This document shows, piece after piece, positions 1 to 15,165 of a stretch of DNA of 64,000 nucleotides. The notes beneath the pieces were generated by a model. It did not search any database. It was not told the origin of the DNA and saw only the letters and a program-made list of their open reading frames with translations. A program made the translations under genes and the position numbers. The stretch is taken from contig OZ286472.1 of the NCBI GenBank assembly GCA_965644265.1, positions 11,284,001-11,348,000 of the forward strand. Direction: 5' to 3'. The stretch's first letter is position 1, and every line of letters begins with the position of its first letter. The stretch is from Glycera tridactyla. Its lineage: Eukaryota.

Positions 1-444
1 ATATGCAAGCTATCCTGGTGAGAATTTCATCCCCCAATTACATTCTGAATGCCTTTCAGTCAAATCCATTGCATTTGTTAATGCTGCCTGAAAAGGGTCA
101 AATTCAACTCTGAATGCAGACATCAAACAATGAATGATGAACAACCAGGAGTTAGTTCCACGCATATAACCTCAACATTATGCTTCAAAATCTGTATCTT
201 ACAAAATATCAACGCAATCACTGATACGTCAAAAATACTCATAGATGTTGAACAGATGAAAATATAAACACAAATTGGCTCCCTTCTGGTCAGAGATACT
301 TTGGAAATGAAACAGACACAGGAAACAATATATATGTCAGGGATCAAATGAAATGAATCTGAATGCAGATTGCGGACAATAGGAAAGTCAAGTGTAAATC
401 TATTAGGGCCCTACTTATCCTACAACAGGTTTCACTCACTCGTT

Positions 445-453
445 CACACACAA

Positions 454-521
<68 letters not shown>

Positions 522-660
522 ACAAACACTAACACTAAAACACACAAACACTAATACTAAAACACACGCTATCAATCTTCCATTAACTCACTCATTTACT
601 CACTTTGCGGTCACTCACACAAACTCACACACACTCACCCACTCTCTCTCTTTCTCTCTT
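445..660. repeat. (CA)n microsatellite with degenerate CA/CT flank
   Basis: Direct inspection. Confidence 0.95.
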
Positions 661-3600
661 TCAATCCTCAGATTGACCCAGCTATTGACAGAATAGAGAC
701 AGGAGTGCATGGATAAAGAGAGAGGCATGATTGACCGGGAGTTCCAGATAATACCTATGACCAAGAAAGGATGCCAATCATATTAAAATATGATATAAAA
801 CATAGAATTAACTCTCAGAGTACCATCATTCACATTAAATGATTGTAAATACTTGATACAGTTCTCAATCCTGAGAAGTAATTATAGTGGTGCGAGCAGT
901 GCACTTGGGATGACATTCATCAATACTACTGTCATTCTTCCTAGATATCCTAAAGTGATACTTTCAAAACTTGAATATCTTCAATAAAATGAAATCTCAT
1001 CAGTGAGTACAACAGAGGAATCCTTCCAAGATTCGATCTGACATTTTCAGATTATATGGCACTAGACCTTTGGATTAATGTCCCTGTGAAATGTTTCAGG
1101 GGATATTTCACTTGGGAACAAATGAATTACAAAATGGATATGAATCATTTGCAGTTTCTTCAAGGCTCGCTAAATACTAATTTGATCATGAATCTGGACG
1201 AATAAACATGAGGAGGAGTTTTTTGTTGCTAATCAGCCAACATGATCATTTTCATCCAGGTATCAATCCACAGCACATTCTGAGATACAGTTTCCTCCAC
1301 CTAGCTGTTTGACCTCTGGCAGATAGATGCTAGAGAAGACAATAGCATGAAGCAAAGACACAGGATTGCTCTACTCAAATTTGAGGGTATACAGTGACCA
1401 CATTTTTCCGTCATCTAAAATCATGATTACCGATTTCTCAAATTTGGATAAAACAACCCTTAATATGATGGAGAGATTGCAATTTTTTCAGGTTTTGATG
1501 ACTAACTGATACTAATATTGAATATGATCTTTTGTAAGCAGAGTAGGATCAGGCAGATAAGTTGATCATTTTACGCATAATGGCAGAATGAGACATTTCT
1601 CTATTCCGCAAAATGCTATCAATGATGGGGGTAGGAAAGACAGTACTCCGAGAATATACAACCCATGAGAATGATAATCTAACATTCTAACAACAGTACA
1701 CCTACGCGATACAACACTGATATGAAACACAGACGATATCGTTATCGCCTGAGTTGATCTGACCGAAGAGGGATTTAATACTACCACAAATACTCTGAAG
1801 CATATTACAGACTACAAGTTGGAAACAAGCCCTAGATGTATGCAACAAGCAGCAAAATATACACAGGAGAGACCAATCACATGACAGGGGACGAGCTGAC
1901 AATAACATTCCAGTGTTTTCATGACACTATGAAATCTCCACTAGTCGTAAATATTGTATAGTTGTTTGGTGTATGTGTGTAAGTATATGTCTCTCAGGAT
2001 ATTCTGTACTTGTGTTTGATCGTTAACTACTGACACAAATATGCACATGTCTAGAAATTACATACTCAAATTATCCACTTTTTTTATAATTATACGATGA
2101 ACTTCCTTGATGCTCCCACCTTTGCAAAGTATCTAGAAAACTGTTTGAATCAACTGAGCTTGGGTATGTTATGTGATAAAAATCAGAATATTATGTACAA
2201 ACTATTTCAGATAATTCTCTTCTAAATGTATAGATCTATGATGAGGTATTTCCATTGAAAAAACACCAAATTATTCATTGTCTATACAATATCTATAAGT
2301 GTGGGACACTATATGATTTATGCACAAGCAAATCATATCTGATGAAATGGTGCATATGGCTCGATGCTTTTCAGAGTATGAGTATTTTTCAGCGGACACA
2401 GTCTTCTAAGATGGAGGATTTTGTGGTTTGCGCATACTGATATTTCGGCCGGGATTAATTTCACCTCAATCACTGCAGAGACAGCATATACCATGAGCAA
2501 GTGCCTCTCTGCTGTCAGTCACCAAAGTAGTCCTAAGCCAGGCATGACGATTACAAAAGAAACACGGCAATCGAGCTTCACTATCCGTGTATATCTTACA
2601 TTGTGATTGGCAATTACAATGCCAACTGATACATATGCCAAATGAAAAATTCAACTCTATCAAGATGATGAACTACCAGCAATTAATAACCAGAATATTC
2701 ATGGAAGAAAACTAAAAACGACTCGCTGAACAACTTTTCTACAACTTACGTAGCAACTGATATAAGCACAGATTTTACGCTACATATAATATTTTACTAT
2801 AATCTTTGTACCAAATTACAATGGAAATATTTCATACAGCAAATCTATTTTTCAATAACAAATATTGAATCATGATGATGAGTTATTTGAGAACTGTTTT
2901 CTGTATATCTCCAAGATACATAATTGACTTTCTACCCTATGTTCCTCTTCGACACTCATAACAATGCCTTGAGAACAATCTCCCACTAATTTAAAATACT
3001 GAGTTGAGATAATCGAAATCCGCGAATGGAATTGAATGACACATGACAACTCAACATTTACAGTCAACAAGGTCATTTCCAAGGGCACAGACACATGCAG
3101 ACTAACACTGGTACATATAATTGGCAAGCACACTGAGCCACTGCAAAACATCATTCTCATTACTGATTCATTTTATCGTATCAACCTGACTGGCAGAAGT
3201 ATGGAACTGAAGGAAGTTGATACGAGACATGGTATACCATTACAGGAGTGAGACTTCCAAATGAATTCACTATTATTAGTATTTTTCCATTGAAAAAAAA
3301 CCACTTAGCCAGGAACTGAACTCCATCTGAATCCCAGAATTGATGTGTGAGATAATCTAGCTAGATGAAAGTCATTGACAAATACCATGATTCACATTAA
3401 GCAGTGTATATCATGATTTTTCATGTGGAACCAGTCTAAAGCCTCCAATTTTGATTCCATGTATCATGACAAAAAGACAGTGGCCTACTGTCATTTCCAC
3501 TGTCCCAAGAATCAGGTTACATGAGCATAAACATATCATCTATCTACAATGCCCATTCCAATGTGTAACATTCAGCCATATATTGTTGATAATTCTTTTT

Positions 3601-4025
3601 TGACCAGAGATGATTCTCAATATTGCACAAAGATTTCTATTCAAAAAATACAAGAATATCATGCATGAATTCACAAATGTTTGATTCAATGCATTGCACC
3701 ATTACACTATGTAGGAAGGAAGTGAATGATTCAGAATTGTTGTTATATTTCAACAAATCTATCTTGTGATTTTTCATGGAAATTCTGGAAACGTACATCT
3801 CAAAATGAATTTTCAATTGTTGATAAGTTCAAATTAAGGACTTCTATAGACAGCTTTCAGTCTTAAGAGCATCCAGGATGCTATCCTACTTACTGCATGG
3901 GTTGATAGAATCAAGGCAGTGAACTATACTAATGATAGTGATCTCAAACTTTCTTGGGTTTACACCCCTCTTCTCATGAACATTCGGAGCAACAACTGAA
4001 ATGTGTGGTGTCAAAAACTCATCAC

Positions 4026-4044
4026 AACACACACACACACACAG

Positions 4045-4093
<49 letters not shown>
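4026..4093. repeat. (CA)n microsatellite
   Basis: Direct inspection. Confidence 0.95.
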
Positions 4094-4096
<3 letters not shown>

Positions 4097-7000
4097 AAAA
4101 GCAGAGAGCATTTTCCCCAAAATGCTCACACACAAGGAGCCTGCCTAAATCCAGCCATTTTGTTATGATGAGGACAACTTCATCAAAATATTGTCCACAT
4201 AGTTGAATTGAAATATTTTGAGGAGAATTGATCATATTCCTACAGAAAGAATTCCTGATAATACCCTACATCCATCCTCTGGTGTCATTTAGCCATTACA
4301 ATACTCCTGTGATTGTAAAATAGATTCACTCAGGAGGCATATTCCATTCAAGGATGGTCTGCCATTCCGGGCCCCACCAGGCCTTGAGGAGAATCACAAT
4401 AGAAATACTGGCAAGGGCTACAATGGTCAGCATGAAGCAGAGAGATGCCTGAGAGAGGTTTTAAAAAATGCATTTTCATGGAATTGATGACCATATCATG
4501 GAATAAACACCATACATTATCGAAGTATGGAGGCATGAATGACTTGACAATCGATTGGGTAGGCATGAATTCTCTCCTCACCATGTTCCTCTTCGTTGTA
4601 CTTGATTGCTGTGTGCAAATTACAACGTCGTATCAGAGCAAGCACTAGGGGGCAATCTCGTATATGTTTTCAAGGTGAAACCAAGGGTAAAGTCATACCT
4701 GGGTCAACATTTATGCCAGTACCTAAGATATGAATCCCCCAGTAACCAGTCATTTTACTGCAGTGGACAACATAGTACCAAAGAGTATATGTACCTCCTA
4801 GAATGTGCAATGTACATGTATATGTTTAAAAGATTAATGAGCTGGATTTAAGATAGGCTTAATTGATGTGAGCATTGAATGATGATTTTTTAAGAAATTT
4901 TCATTCACATGTGATATGGTGATTTATCTAAAGCTGTAGAGTCTATGTTGTTTGGACATTGTGACAGTGATCTTGCAAGCACTAAATGATGGCACAACAA
5001 CAGACCCAATGGACATGCAATACACACCAACTAATGATGTTATGAACACAACTTCAAAGCCCTATGTAAGTACACATCTTACTACAAGGATGTCATGGAC
5101 AGAGCCATGAATCAACTTCACACATGATAAATTGACTGGATAAATTGTGTGGTTTACTTTCTACAATCCTGATATCAATACTGGTCGTATCAGATGTAAT
5201 GATAAGATATAGATTGATTTTTATCATCCAGATCATGCTGCTAATTTTCTGTGTATGTGTTAACATGCTGTGTGCTGAGAGAAAAAAGTGCACTACATAT
5301 TGTTTATTATGGCTCACACACAGCGTTCCTGATAATTCCGGCTCATTGTCAAATTTATTTGCCCAAAATTATCTCTCAGCTAAATAGTGAACCTAAATGA
5401 AGGCATTCGCAGTTGGTCCAATATCAGTGGATGGAAAACTTGCCAAATAAATACATATAAATGTGTCAATTTCACCATTTAGAAATATAAGATTTACAAT
5501 GATTTATGAGATGAAAATTATTTCTGAGATTATTGTTGCAGTGTTTATTTCATATGTATGAGGGCATATTTTGAAATATGAATAAATCTTTTTGTCTGCA
5601 TGATAAATCACCTAATCAGAGAACCACTGCATACAACTTGCCACAAACATTCTAAAACTGGACTGGCCGAACATCATCAGAAACAGCAATGTAATGAAGT
5701 ATTCCTATCAAAATTCCGAGAATGAGGTTTAGTCACCGACTAGGAGATGTTCGATATAACAGAGAGAAAGACACCACTGAGGACTAAACACATCCCCATA
5801 ATGGTGATACAAGAAGAGATGAATTTGTTTCGGGATGGATATTGGCTTAGTATTCAATGCAACATCTGGAAGCATTTTGTTATTGATTTGCTCCTGTTTC
5901 TGATTGCAGTTGGCCACCAACTATGAGCAGGCTTGGGGACAGTCTCTCCGATCCATACAGTGCATACGACTAGCGTGGAGGCTACAAGATAAATTAGGTC
6001 CCATATTCCTGGCGCATTCACCAGCTGAATGCGATACAAGGCCAAAAAATTGTCCAATATGATAACCATGCCTAAATAAACTGACACAATCCATAAAATA
6101 TTTAAGTCTGAATGCATACCATAAATTCATTATTTTCTAAAATGAATAGAGATTTTTTTTTCATGAAATGAATAAAGATTTTGAATCCAATCATGAAATT
6201 TCAGACAGGGTTAGAAATATAGACATCTGCTTTTCCCTTTGCAGATTAGGTATATGAAATTATTCATTTTGAAAGATGTCTATGGCTGACAATTTAGACA
6301 TAGTTCACTGATTAGAATTTCATCAATTCCAATATTTGGTAAAATAGAATCCACAGTCTCAAACATACTTGCATATTAACAAAATCTGAAACTTCTTGAC
6401 ATGAATGAAATGATACCAAAGTGCTCATTAGTTTCTCCTACAATTTTGTGTGGACTCACAAATAACAATGAATTGGTAATCATCCTCAGAAGTATCTGAG
6501 ATTTTTTGAATGAAAATTATAGAAAATCTTCAATCATAGAATTTGTTTGTGAACAAAGTTATTGACAATGTGATGGAGCTCTGAGAGACAGCTATAAGAC
6601 CTTGACATCAATGGGTAAATATGGGGCCACTCTTGAATCATATCATCAACTAACCTTTCATCAAATTTCTACAGCAGAAGGGAAAGACTGTTGGTTTGCG
6701 AGAAAAGAATGAATACATAGATATAGATATATGCAATATGGCTGGCAGTACACAGTAGACTACGCACAAAGAAGACTAAAATATTGAACATGGAGAATAT
6801 ATATGGAGAGAGATATGTATACAAAGGGGAAGATGGGAGAAAACTTGCTTTTACGGTTTTTGCGAGAGGAGACCCTCCGTGTGAGTTCTGCTGAAAGAGT
6901 CGGCAAAAAAAGCCCCACAAGAGTAAAGGTGTTCGACAGATTGGGCGACTGAGTGCCCAATGAGGTGTGCAAATTAAAAACTGATAAAACCAACACAAGA

Positions 7001-9112
7001 ACACATGACAAACACTGTACAGCGGCCACAGAAAGAGAGAACTCAAGGACTTATTCTCTCCTGAACAAGAAAGCCCCCCCCCCCCCCCAAATCACAACCG
7101 CTTCAATATTATTCTATAAATCAACTGCAAAGAAAACCACATTTCATATCATTATCATCATGTCATAAGAAGACTAATATATCAGCCACTCCAGGTATAC
7201 CTTCGTCATCCGGGTGATGTAGCTGGTGAAAATGACATATGCAATTTGATAGTTTTATATTTACATGTGATGATTGATTCCACTTCTCCTCTGATCAATA
7301 AAGCCCTATCACTACTAGTTCAGGATTTTGAATATTGTATAGAATATTACTTATTGCTGTAAAGTAATCAGATTTTACATGACAGTTTGATGGGTTTGTG
7401 CTCTCAATCAAGAAGCAAAAGTTTTTTCAAGATGCAGGATGGCTAGTATTTTTTATACATCATCATTTCTTCTCTTCAGATTTGAATATGATTGAACTAT
7501 TGAGGATTGTCACATACCCTGTCTTGTTCAGATTGATAAGTAAAGACTGTGAAAGCATGATTGTGTTAGTTTGGTGGTCTATATCAAATGCACTTGAACT
7601 TTGGGGAGCAAATTTTCTGTAGGAACTGGCACGTGGCTGAAGCTTGCTGCAATTAGCCCTGTGATGACTGACTATTGAACATTCTCAGGATATGTAATGT
7701 GTATCAATTCTTAATCATATATGTATAGTTCGGTCCACGGTATTGATCTATCTTAGAAACTTGATCAGTGCTTTTGAAATAGAAATTCACAGTACTCAAA
7801 GTACTCATGGTACTTGATGCAGTATGGAAGTTAGTCGCTCATTTACAAAGAATTCCCGATTAAAATCTTGATCATCCTAACCAATATACACCTCTGCATC
7901 ATAATCCTTTAATCTGATGGATCACTCAGAAATTTAATAGTGAGAACATATGGCCGTCATGTAAAAACGCAATACCAAAATTTGGCGGAAAGTCACGAGG
8001 CCGATCTCAACTTTTTCAGGACAGAGAATGAGGACTTCTATTTGTAATATTGCTACATTGGAATATCTGATGACATTCCATATTAAGTGACATACATCCT
8101 GCATCATGTGGTACCTATTCACAGAAAAATAATAACTGAGCATTTACAATTCTTCTATCAATGGGGTAATTATAATGAATATCATTCAAACGTATCATTG
8201 GAATGTATAAACATATACAGCTCAATAGGCAAAAGCTGGTTTGAAATTGGCACTGCGGAATTGAACCATCGGAGAAGAAACACACGGAAAAATACAGTTG
8301 AGAATCATATATAGAGACAAATATACTGAAGTGCTACAGAACCATTACTTGATCCTTCTTTTTGTAGATTACAAAAAACTACTGAAATTGGTACAGAAGT
8401 TCATATATCGCTAAGAAAAATTGTCTCATTGGCCATCAAACAACTACCAAATCATACACTAATGGCTGTGTGTTATCCTAGTATTACTTTGGCTTGACAT
8501 TATCCATTTTGCACGTCTTATATTACCGATCTCATCAAAATATCCATGGCAAATCAATCATATCATACTCAAGAATTTCTCGATTACAACCAGTTGATGA
8601 GTTAACATGGATTCAGATTTCTCCCAAGCTCATGCCAAATTTGGGAATATGCTACTGATCCATATTAAGGCAGAATATATGCTATCAAATGTGGGTGAAA
8701 TTAGATGAAAAATTCATGGTTTTTAATTTGAAACGTGAGATCATTTCTCCATCTGAATGTTGGGATGTCTCTATTTCCTCCATATTTGCGACAAATCCTG
8801 CAGTGACAAATATGGAAAAAATGGAAAAATCCTGATACCAGCTTCAAAGTTCAGTATATGTTTGTGGAACAAAGTAGCACTCTTGCCCCTAAAAAGCACA
8901 TCAGTATATTTTACAAAGTGTTACAGCATCACATGGAATTATCCTTTCCCATGATTTGATCTTTAGCCAAAGGACAGCTCCCAGAACTTACATAAACATG
9001 TATGTTACTTCGTGTAGTACAGTGGTCAGTCGCTACTGAATTTCAACTTTACACAAGTCAAATCCCTATGATGGTGCAAACACAACCCCACACAAAGACA
9101 CAAACACACTAG

Positions 9113-9134
9113 CACACACACACACACACACACA

Positions 9135-9196
<62 letters not shown>

Positions 9197-9203
9197 AACA
9201 CAC
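9113..9203. repeat. (CA)n microsatellite
   Basis: Direct inspection. Confidence 0.95.
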
Positions 9204-10262
9204 AAATTCACATTCACTCTCAATGCTTGACATTTTCCCTGCGGAAGTCCTGATTGACGATGAAAAAAAAGCCAACAATGATCCCATCGTTCTGAACATG
9301 AGAATTGATATAATTGATTCCAAAGAAATTACTAGGATCAAATTCACAAATAGATTGATTGAATTGAGCTCTGATAAAATCATCTCACCACTTATGAGAA
9401 AGTTTCTGAATTATTGGACCTCCAGTTTGGATGACATTTTTCATCAGATGTTATAACATTTGAAGAAAGAGCATTCTCTGACACAAAATGATCAAAAATG
9501 GGGGAGATGGCGGACCAAAAATTATATATAGGCTGGCTATTATCAACAGTGGACAGCTAATAATGTATACTGAGCATAGATATTACAGACACAGTGATAA
9601 CATAGCTGGGCAAATCGAATTAAATGCCACAACAACCCCATGTGATTGCATATTTTCCTCGTCAAACCTAGACCAATGTTCGCCCCTCCTCACATCTCCC
9701 AGGAATTGTATGCGCAGTAACTATGTATGCTACAATATCAAAATATTCGCCAGCATCGGGATCTAGTCGTTGACGCATGCCCGGGCGATTATGACTGATA
9801 GATGGACGTGTGAGCAATCCAGGCCATGTGAGGTCGGTGTGGCATCCATTAACGTGGCACCAATGTTGGCCAATCTGTATCTATTAGTGCAGAGAATGGA
9901 TCGGTGTATGCTTGTAATGTGACGGAGCCAAGCAGCGAGACCGGGACCAAGACCAGGACCGTGTGCCACAATACCCTCCTGCCTCCCGCATCACTCATCA
10001 ATCCTCTCCACCTCTTTGATCATCACACATCTTGGGAAACATTCACAAAACCAAACTAAGGAGGGAGTCTCCAGTTTTCTATGAGAACTACAGCAATTAA
10101 ATTCTCAGTGCTTTTGATCTTTTCAGTGAAATGGATCTCAGCGTCGTCTTCAATTGTAGTTCATTACATGTTCATTGATGTTTAGGAAGCTATTAGTCTT
10201 TCATCTAGCAACTTTCTTTCATTCAATAAGAATCTGCTGCTGAATGGTTGCATGATCTTGGA

Positions 10263-10460
10263 TGAGGGGGAATAGGAGGAGGAGGAGGAGGAGGAGGAGG
10301 AGGAGGAGGAGGAGAAGAATGAGAAGAAGGAATAGGAGGAGGAAGAGGAGGAATAAGAGGAAGAGGAGGGGGAGGTGGGGGAAGCAGAGTGGGAGAAGGA
10401 GGAGAAAGACAAGGAGGAGAAGCAAGATGAGAAGGAAGAAAAAGGAAAGTAAAGAGGAAG
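10263..10460. repeat. (GGA)n / purine-rich low-complexity tract
   Basis: Direct inspection. Confidence 0.95.
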
Positions 10461-13400
10461 TGAATTCAAAAGTATTTTTTGATAATGTAGCTTGGGGGCT
10501 GTGTAGGCCTCGGTCCCAATTCAATGAGGGATCCGGCTTTGTGAATTGCCTTGCTGACACCTGCGCAAAACCAGTTTTCTTCATTCCAAGTATTGCAATA
10601 TCATCAGTACTCTAAAATCTAGTGCTATTATCTCATACCAATTGACAGCTGATGTTACGCAGTCACCAGTGTGTAAATGTCTCAACTCTCTTGAGTTTTG
10701 CAAATGAATGTTTCACAGTGATAAGTGTTGTTGCACTGCATGCCAAGATAAGTGCCTACAACTTCTTTGGAATTCTGCAATGGATCCATAGCAATTAGAC
10801 AAGATGTTTTACTTTTCTTGGAGGTGGCAGCATCTCATCAACTAACTCCACTCTTGAGAAAACCATGCTTCAACCCGAGTATATATCAGGAGCTACTCCT
10901 GTCACGTGATTCTTCCCAGTCACGGGATCACATGACGATTCACCAGCGCACTTGCCACTGAGTTCAAAAAAGAAGCCGGATGGATTTCTGAAAGCTCCTC
11001 GCTTTTACCTTACGTTTTGAGTATCCGTACTAAATCTTCTACCAACATGCTGCAACTAGAATACATCTTAGGCACCCAGCTTGCCATGTTCTGAAAGAGT
11101 GAGCCAAAACTGCATAAAAAATTAATTCCTGGCAGCAAGTGGTTCCAACTAAAGATATTTAGGACACATGTTGTTTTGATCAACTTGGCTGGCTGAATAC
11201 ATGATCAAAAATAACGAATTTGTGTAGCAAGGAGTGAACTAAGAAAGGGAGTGGACGCTCCTTGAAAGCTTCTACATCAAGAATCTTTACACTGTGAGCA
11301 CCATGAAATTTCTACTTCAAAAAAAGAAAAGAAAAAAAAGAGTAAACTATTGATTGCATAGCCCATTGGCCTTACTTCTGGTTCACATTGTGAGATCACA
11401 ATCAATTGCTATGGACCATGATCTCTCGCCTGATTCAAGTTTCAATGGTATGCCCAACTTCTACAGAGCTTCAAAGAATCAAAAGCCATGGCTTCACATT
11501 CCCGGATGCATCTGAAGAAGTATGGCGTTAATCTCATTGAATTTATATGACAAATCTGCTGGCATTATTGGTCACGAACTCTGAAAGAGATATAATGATA
11601 AAGCTGCTGTCTTCTTGGGCAACAAAACGTGAGATTAACACATTTGGCACGTGGGTTGAGATATACAGGTATAACTCATCACGATTAAATGTCTAGTTGC
11701 CAGAGGTATCAACATAGCCTGCGTAATACCATTGGCGGCTGGAGATCCAATTAAAATAAATTCACCAGACTTTCAACTCGAGACCAATCATACCACCCTG
11801 GAATTTGTTTCTAATGAGATAAACATTCAAGGGTTTAAAATATGTTAATCAGTCAGCAGTAACCTCGACCTTGTGTAGTTGTAGTGCACAACGATAAGGG
11901 CACTTTCACCAATCCATTTCGCAACATGTCTCTCATATTGATATTTCACATGGTTTTTGATGCATTCACACTCATCTGAAGATATCCCTGCTGACAGGTC
12001 AACTCCAAGTAGAAATATACCATGAATAATGGGGTAGACAAAATGAATTTGAACATGACAAGATTGATGGTACATCACAGCCGATCATCTGACACCGATC
12101 TAACAGGCATGAATGGACAGGAATATCAATAAGAGAACTGGTCACTATGGTCATACTTCATGGCAAAAGATGACAGTATATTAGAATGTCAGCTTGGCAG
12201 GTTACCAACTTGCCGAATCTGTTGGTCCAATCCAATAATATGTAATTTGTGCCTGATTGCCTGTTGAGGCATGTGGCAGGCTGGTGGGGCCAACTGTTTA
12301 CTCTCAGCGTTTCCTGCTTGCCCTTCCCTCTTATTGCCCAGAGGACAACTGCTCATCATCACAGCTGATGATCTTACACCAGCCTCTCATAACATTCATA
12401 TTAGAATCATCAACAGCACTGATAATCAGGAACTAGCGACTTCTTGTTAGCTACTTGCAAATTTCACCATTGATGAAATTTGTAACATCAAAATGACAGA
12501 AAGGATGATCAAACATCAGAGATGCTATCTCTTCATCAACTTAAACATAGCACGTTATATATATATAGTGAACACTAGACTTTTTCAGGTGCCTTCGGCA
12601 GCCTTAGGCATGTAGTCATGTAATCATGATCTTGTTGCATGATTGGCTTTTAGTCCGCAGCAAATAGTCTGGTGGGAGGTCATTGGCTGTCCCAGAGAGC
12701 ATTCACACCCTACAGATTTTTCATCAAAGATTGGAGTAGTCCTCATTTGTGTTTTTTTCTTGGCTCATGTGTATGCATGCGTGCGTGTGTGTTTGTGTGT
12801 GAAATAAGTAAATATGTAACTTCCCAGTGGACTTTACATTGAAATGGGTATGAATAGATCTCAAAGATATAGTCATGGTGTACAAATGAAATGATTATCC
12901 TTCAATTTTACATCTCCACAAATGATTGCACAGCAGACCACATACCCCAACTATTGAAATGATTCATTTCATGAGAATCATATCAAACACCAACCAATTT
13001 TGAGAATATAAGTGGTTATAAAATCATGTAATTATCCTATCCTAACTTTACATGAGAAAAACCCCTTATTCACTGTTTCTTTCACCCCCCATTCCTCAAA
13101 TGCCAGTTTTGATTGATCACAGTTGATGAGTATCCACACTTTGCAAGTAATATCTCAACTGACACACCGTTTATCTTCAGCCATGACCTCCATGTCACAA
13201 GCCATTTATTAGATACATGCATTGCCTCCTGACAGAACCATCAAGCCATCTGCTTTGCATCTGGGCAGAAGCTTGAGATGAAAAATCTGGGTGAATCACT
13301 GGAATATGTCTGGACATAGATCACGTTCTGCTGACCAAAGATGGACCTTTGTTCTACCCCAATGATCTCATAGACCTATACCAATTGTACTCTCGTATCT

Positions 13401-13672
13401 CAGTAAGATGAAGAAATACTTCTTCTATGGTGAATTCAAGAATGTCATGATGTGATAGATGAATTGAATATTGAATGATTACATGATATATTTATATGTA
13501 TAACCCACCGCAGAGGGGCTATGCTGAATGCATTCTTTGTAATGTGTATACAACCCTAAAAAATGATTACTTACTTACTTACTTGATGACCCTTTCTTGA
13601 TAGTGGATAGAGACTCACATCTGATATCATCCATTCATATTGAAAACATGATTAAGAATAAGAAGATATACA

Positions 13673-13759
13673 CTGTCAAACCTCTCTATAAATACCACCT
13701 GCCTATAAAGACCACTTTTTGATGCGGCTGAAGGCCGTCTTTATAGACAGGTTTGACTG
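13673..13759. mobile_element. MITE family A, short internally deleted copy
   Basis: CTGTCAAACCTCTCTATAAATACC ... GTCTTTATAGACAGGTTTGACTG; matches one end of 60197-60374. Confidence 0.8.
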
Positions 13760-14830
13760 TGTGTTGATATAGGAACTTTCACCTTGGAAGAGCAAATATT
13801 TTCAATAGTAGGGTATTCTTGAAGCATTTTCCATATTTCACAGACAGGAGATTTTGTATCCAAGCTACAGAATTATCATATCCACTACTCAGAATAAACC
13901 TTAAAACATCCCAATGAAAGTGTGTGCCCATCTGATACCGCACTTGTTGTTAAGCTGGAAATGAGCAACAAATCACCAGTGATACTTGCAACTTATTAAA
14001 CTGAGTTTCGTGCTCATTATTTTCAGGAGGCCAATTGGCTGAGGCACGCAACTTCTACGAGAAACACTCTCAACAGCATCTCGTCCCTGATCACGTATGC
14101 ATACTCTTGCCGTCAATGGTGCCAAAACCATACCAGACTTAATGTCTTATCTGAAAGGCAGACTTTAACCCATTTAGTGAAAGTCTAGAAGAGATCTTCC
14201 CTTGATCAAATTGAGATTGGGGTGAATTGGATATCTGCTCTCTTCTTCAGCTACTTACTTATCAGCTGAGAAAATATTGCCAAATCAGAAAAAGGGCGTT
14301 ATTCTGACTACATAGCTTTCAATATCATTAGCAAAATTTGATATAATTAACTCTTGTACCTCTGCAAGATGATGAGATACGTCTGCTATAGTCAATCCAG
14401 GATTGCATGCGAAAGTATGAGCACTGTATAGTTTCGGATTTATTTACTATTATGGTACAATATTTGGGCTTATCCAGATTAATTCGGTCTGCAGAATCTT
14501 AAAACTTGTATCAATTTATAATGTGTTAAGACTTGCTTGTTCTATTGTTTATGCCTTTGGAACTGATTGCAGTTCCAGTTCAGTTGTTACTAAATGGGAT
14601 CGATTGGACCTCAATGTCTGCTGAACACAATGGAAGTACATTTTTCACCTCACTGTCATGCCATATTTGTCAGCTCCCACATCACAAGAAGACACCTGTG
14701 AATGAAAATGCAAATGCACGATGAAGAATGTGAAAGTCGTCAGATGATATGTTGCGTCACCAGAATAATCAGCGGTGACCATCTGTCATGTTCTTATATG
14801 ACTTACTGGAGCTCTTCATTGATATCATGA

Positions 14831-15165
14831 TATCATGTGAAATATCACAAGGGGCATTGACATAAACTCATCATAATGAAAATGTAATTGTATCATGTGA
14901 AATATCACAAGGGGCAAAGACACCACACCGGCAAGGATTGCCATGATTGGAATAAACTCATTATAACGGAAATATAATTGTATCAGGTGAAATTTCACAA
15001 AGAGGAAATACATTTAAACTATGCCAACATGGATCATCATGAATAGAATCTGCTTCTTATCAGATTGTGAAAATAATGGTAGCATGTGAAATGTTATTAG
15101 TAGCAAAGACACCACATCAGTATGGATTGTCATAATTGGAATCAACTTCTTATTATTATGAAAGT
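14831..15165. repeat. Imperfect ~90-bp minisatellite, about 4 units
   Basis: TATCATGTGAAATATCACAAGGGGCA-like starts at 14831, 14891, 14981 and ~15080. Confidence 0.8.

Noticed and set aside
6669-7046. 125-aa hydrophobic minus-strand ORF and similar 60-100 aa ORFs (123-347, 1566-1787, 2870-3160, 5854-6117, 9223-9456, 47336-47638)
   Set aside because: No recognisable domain and no consistent splice chain. ORFs of this length are expected by chance, especially on T-rich strands.
11960-12100. SDD ... MSVNASKT as an RT remnant (minus strand)
   Set aside because: Only weak partial motifs, with no PQG or KAFD nearby.
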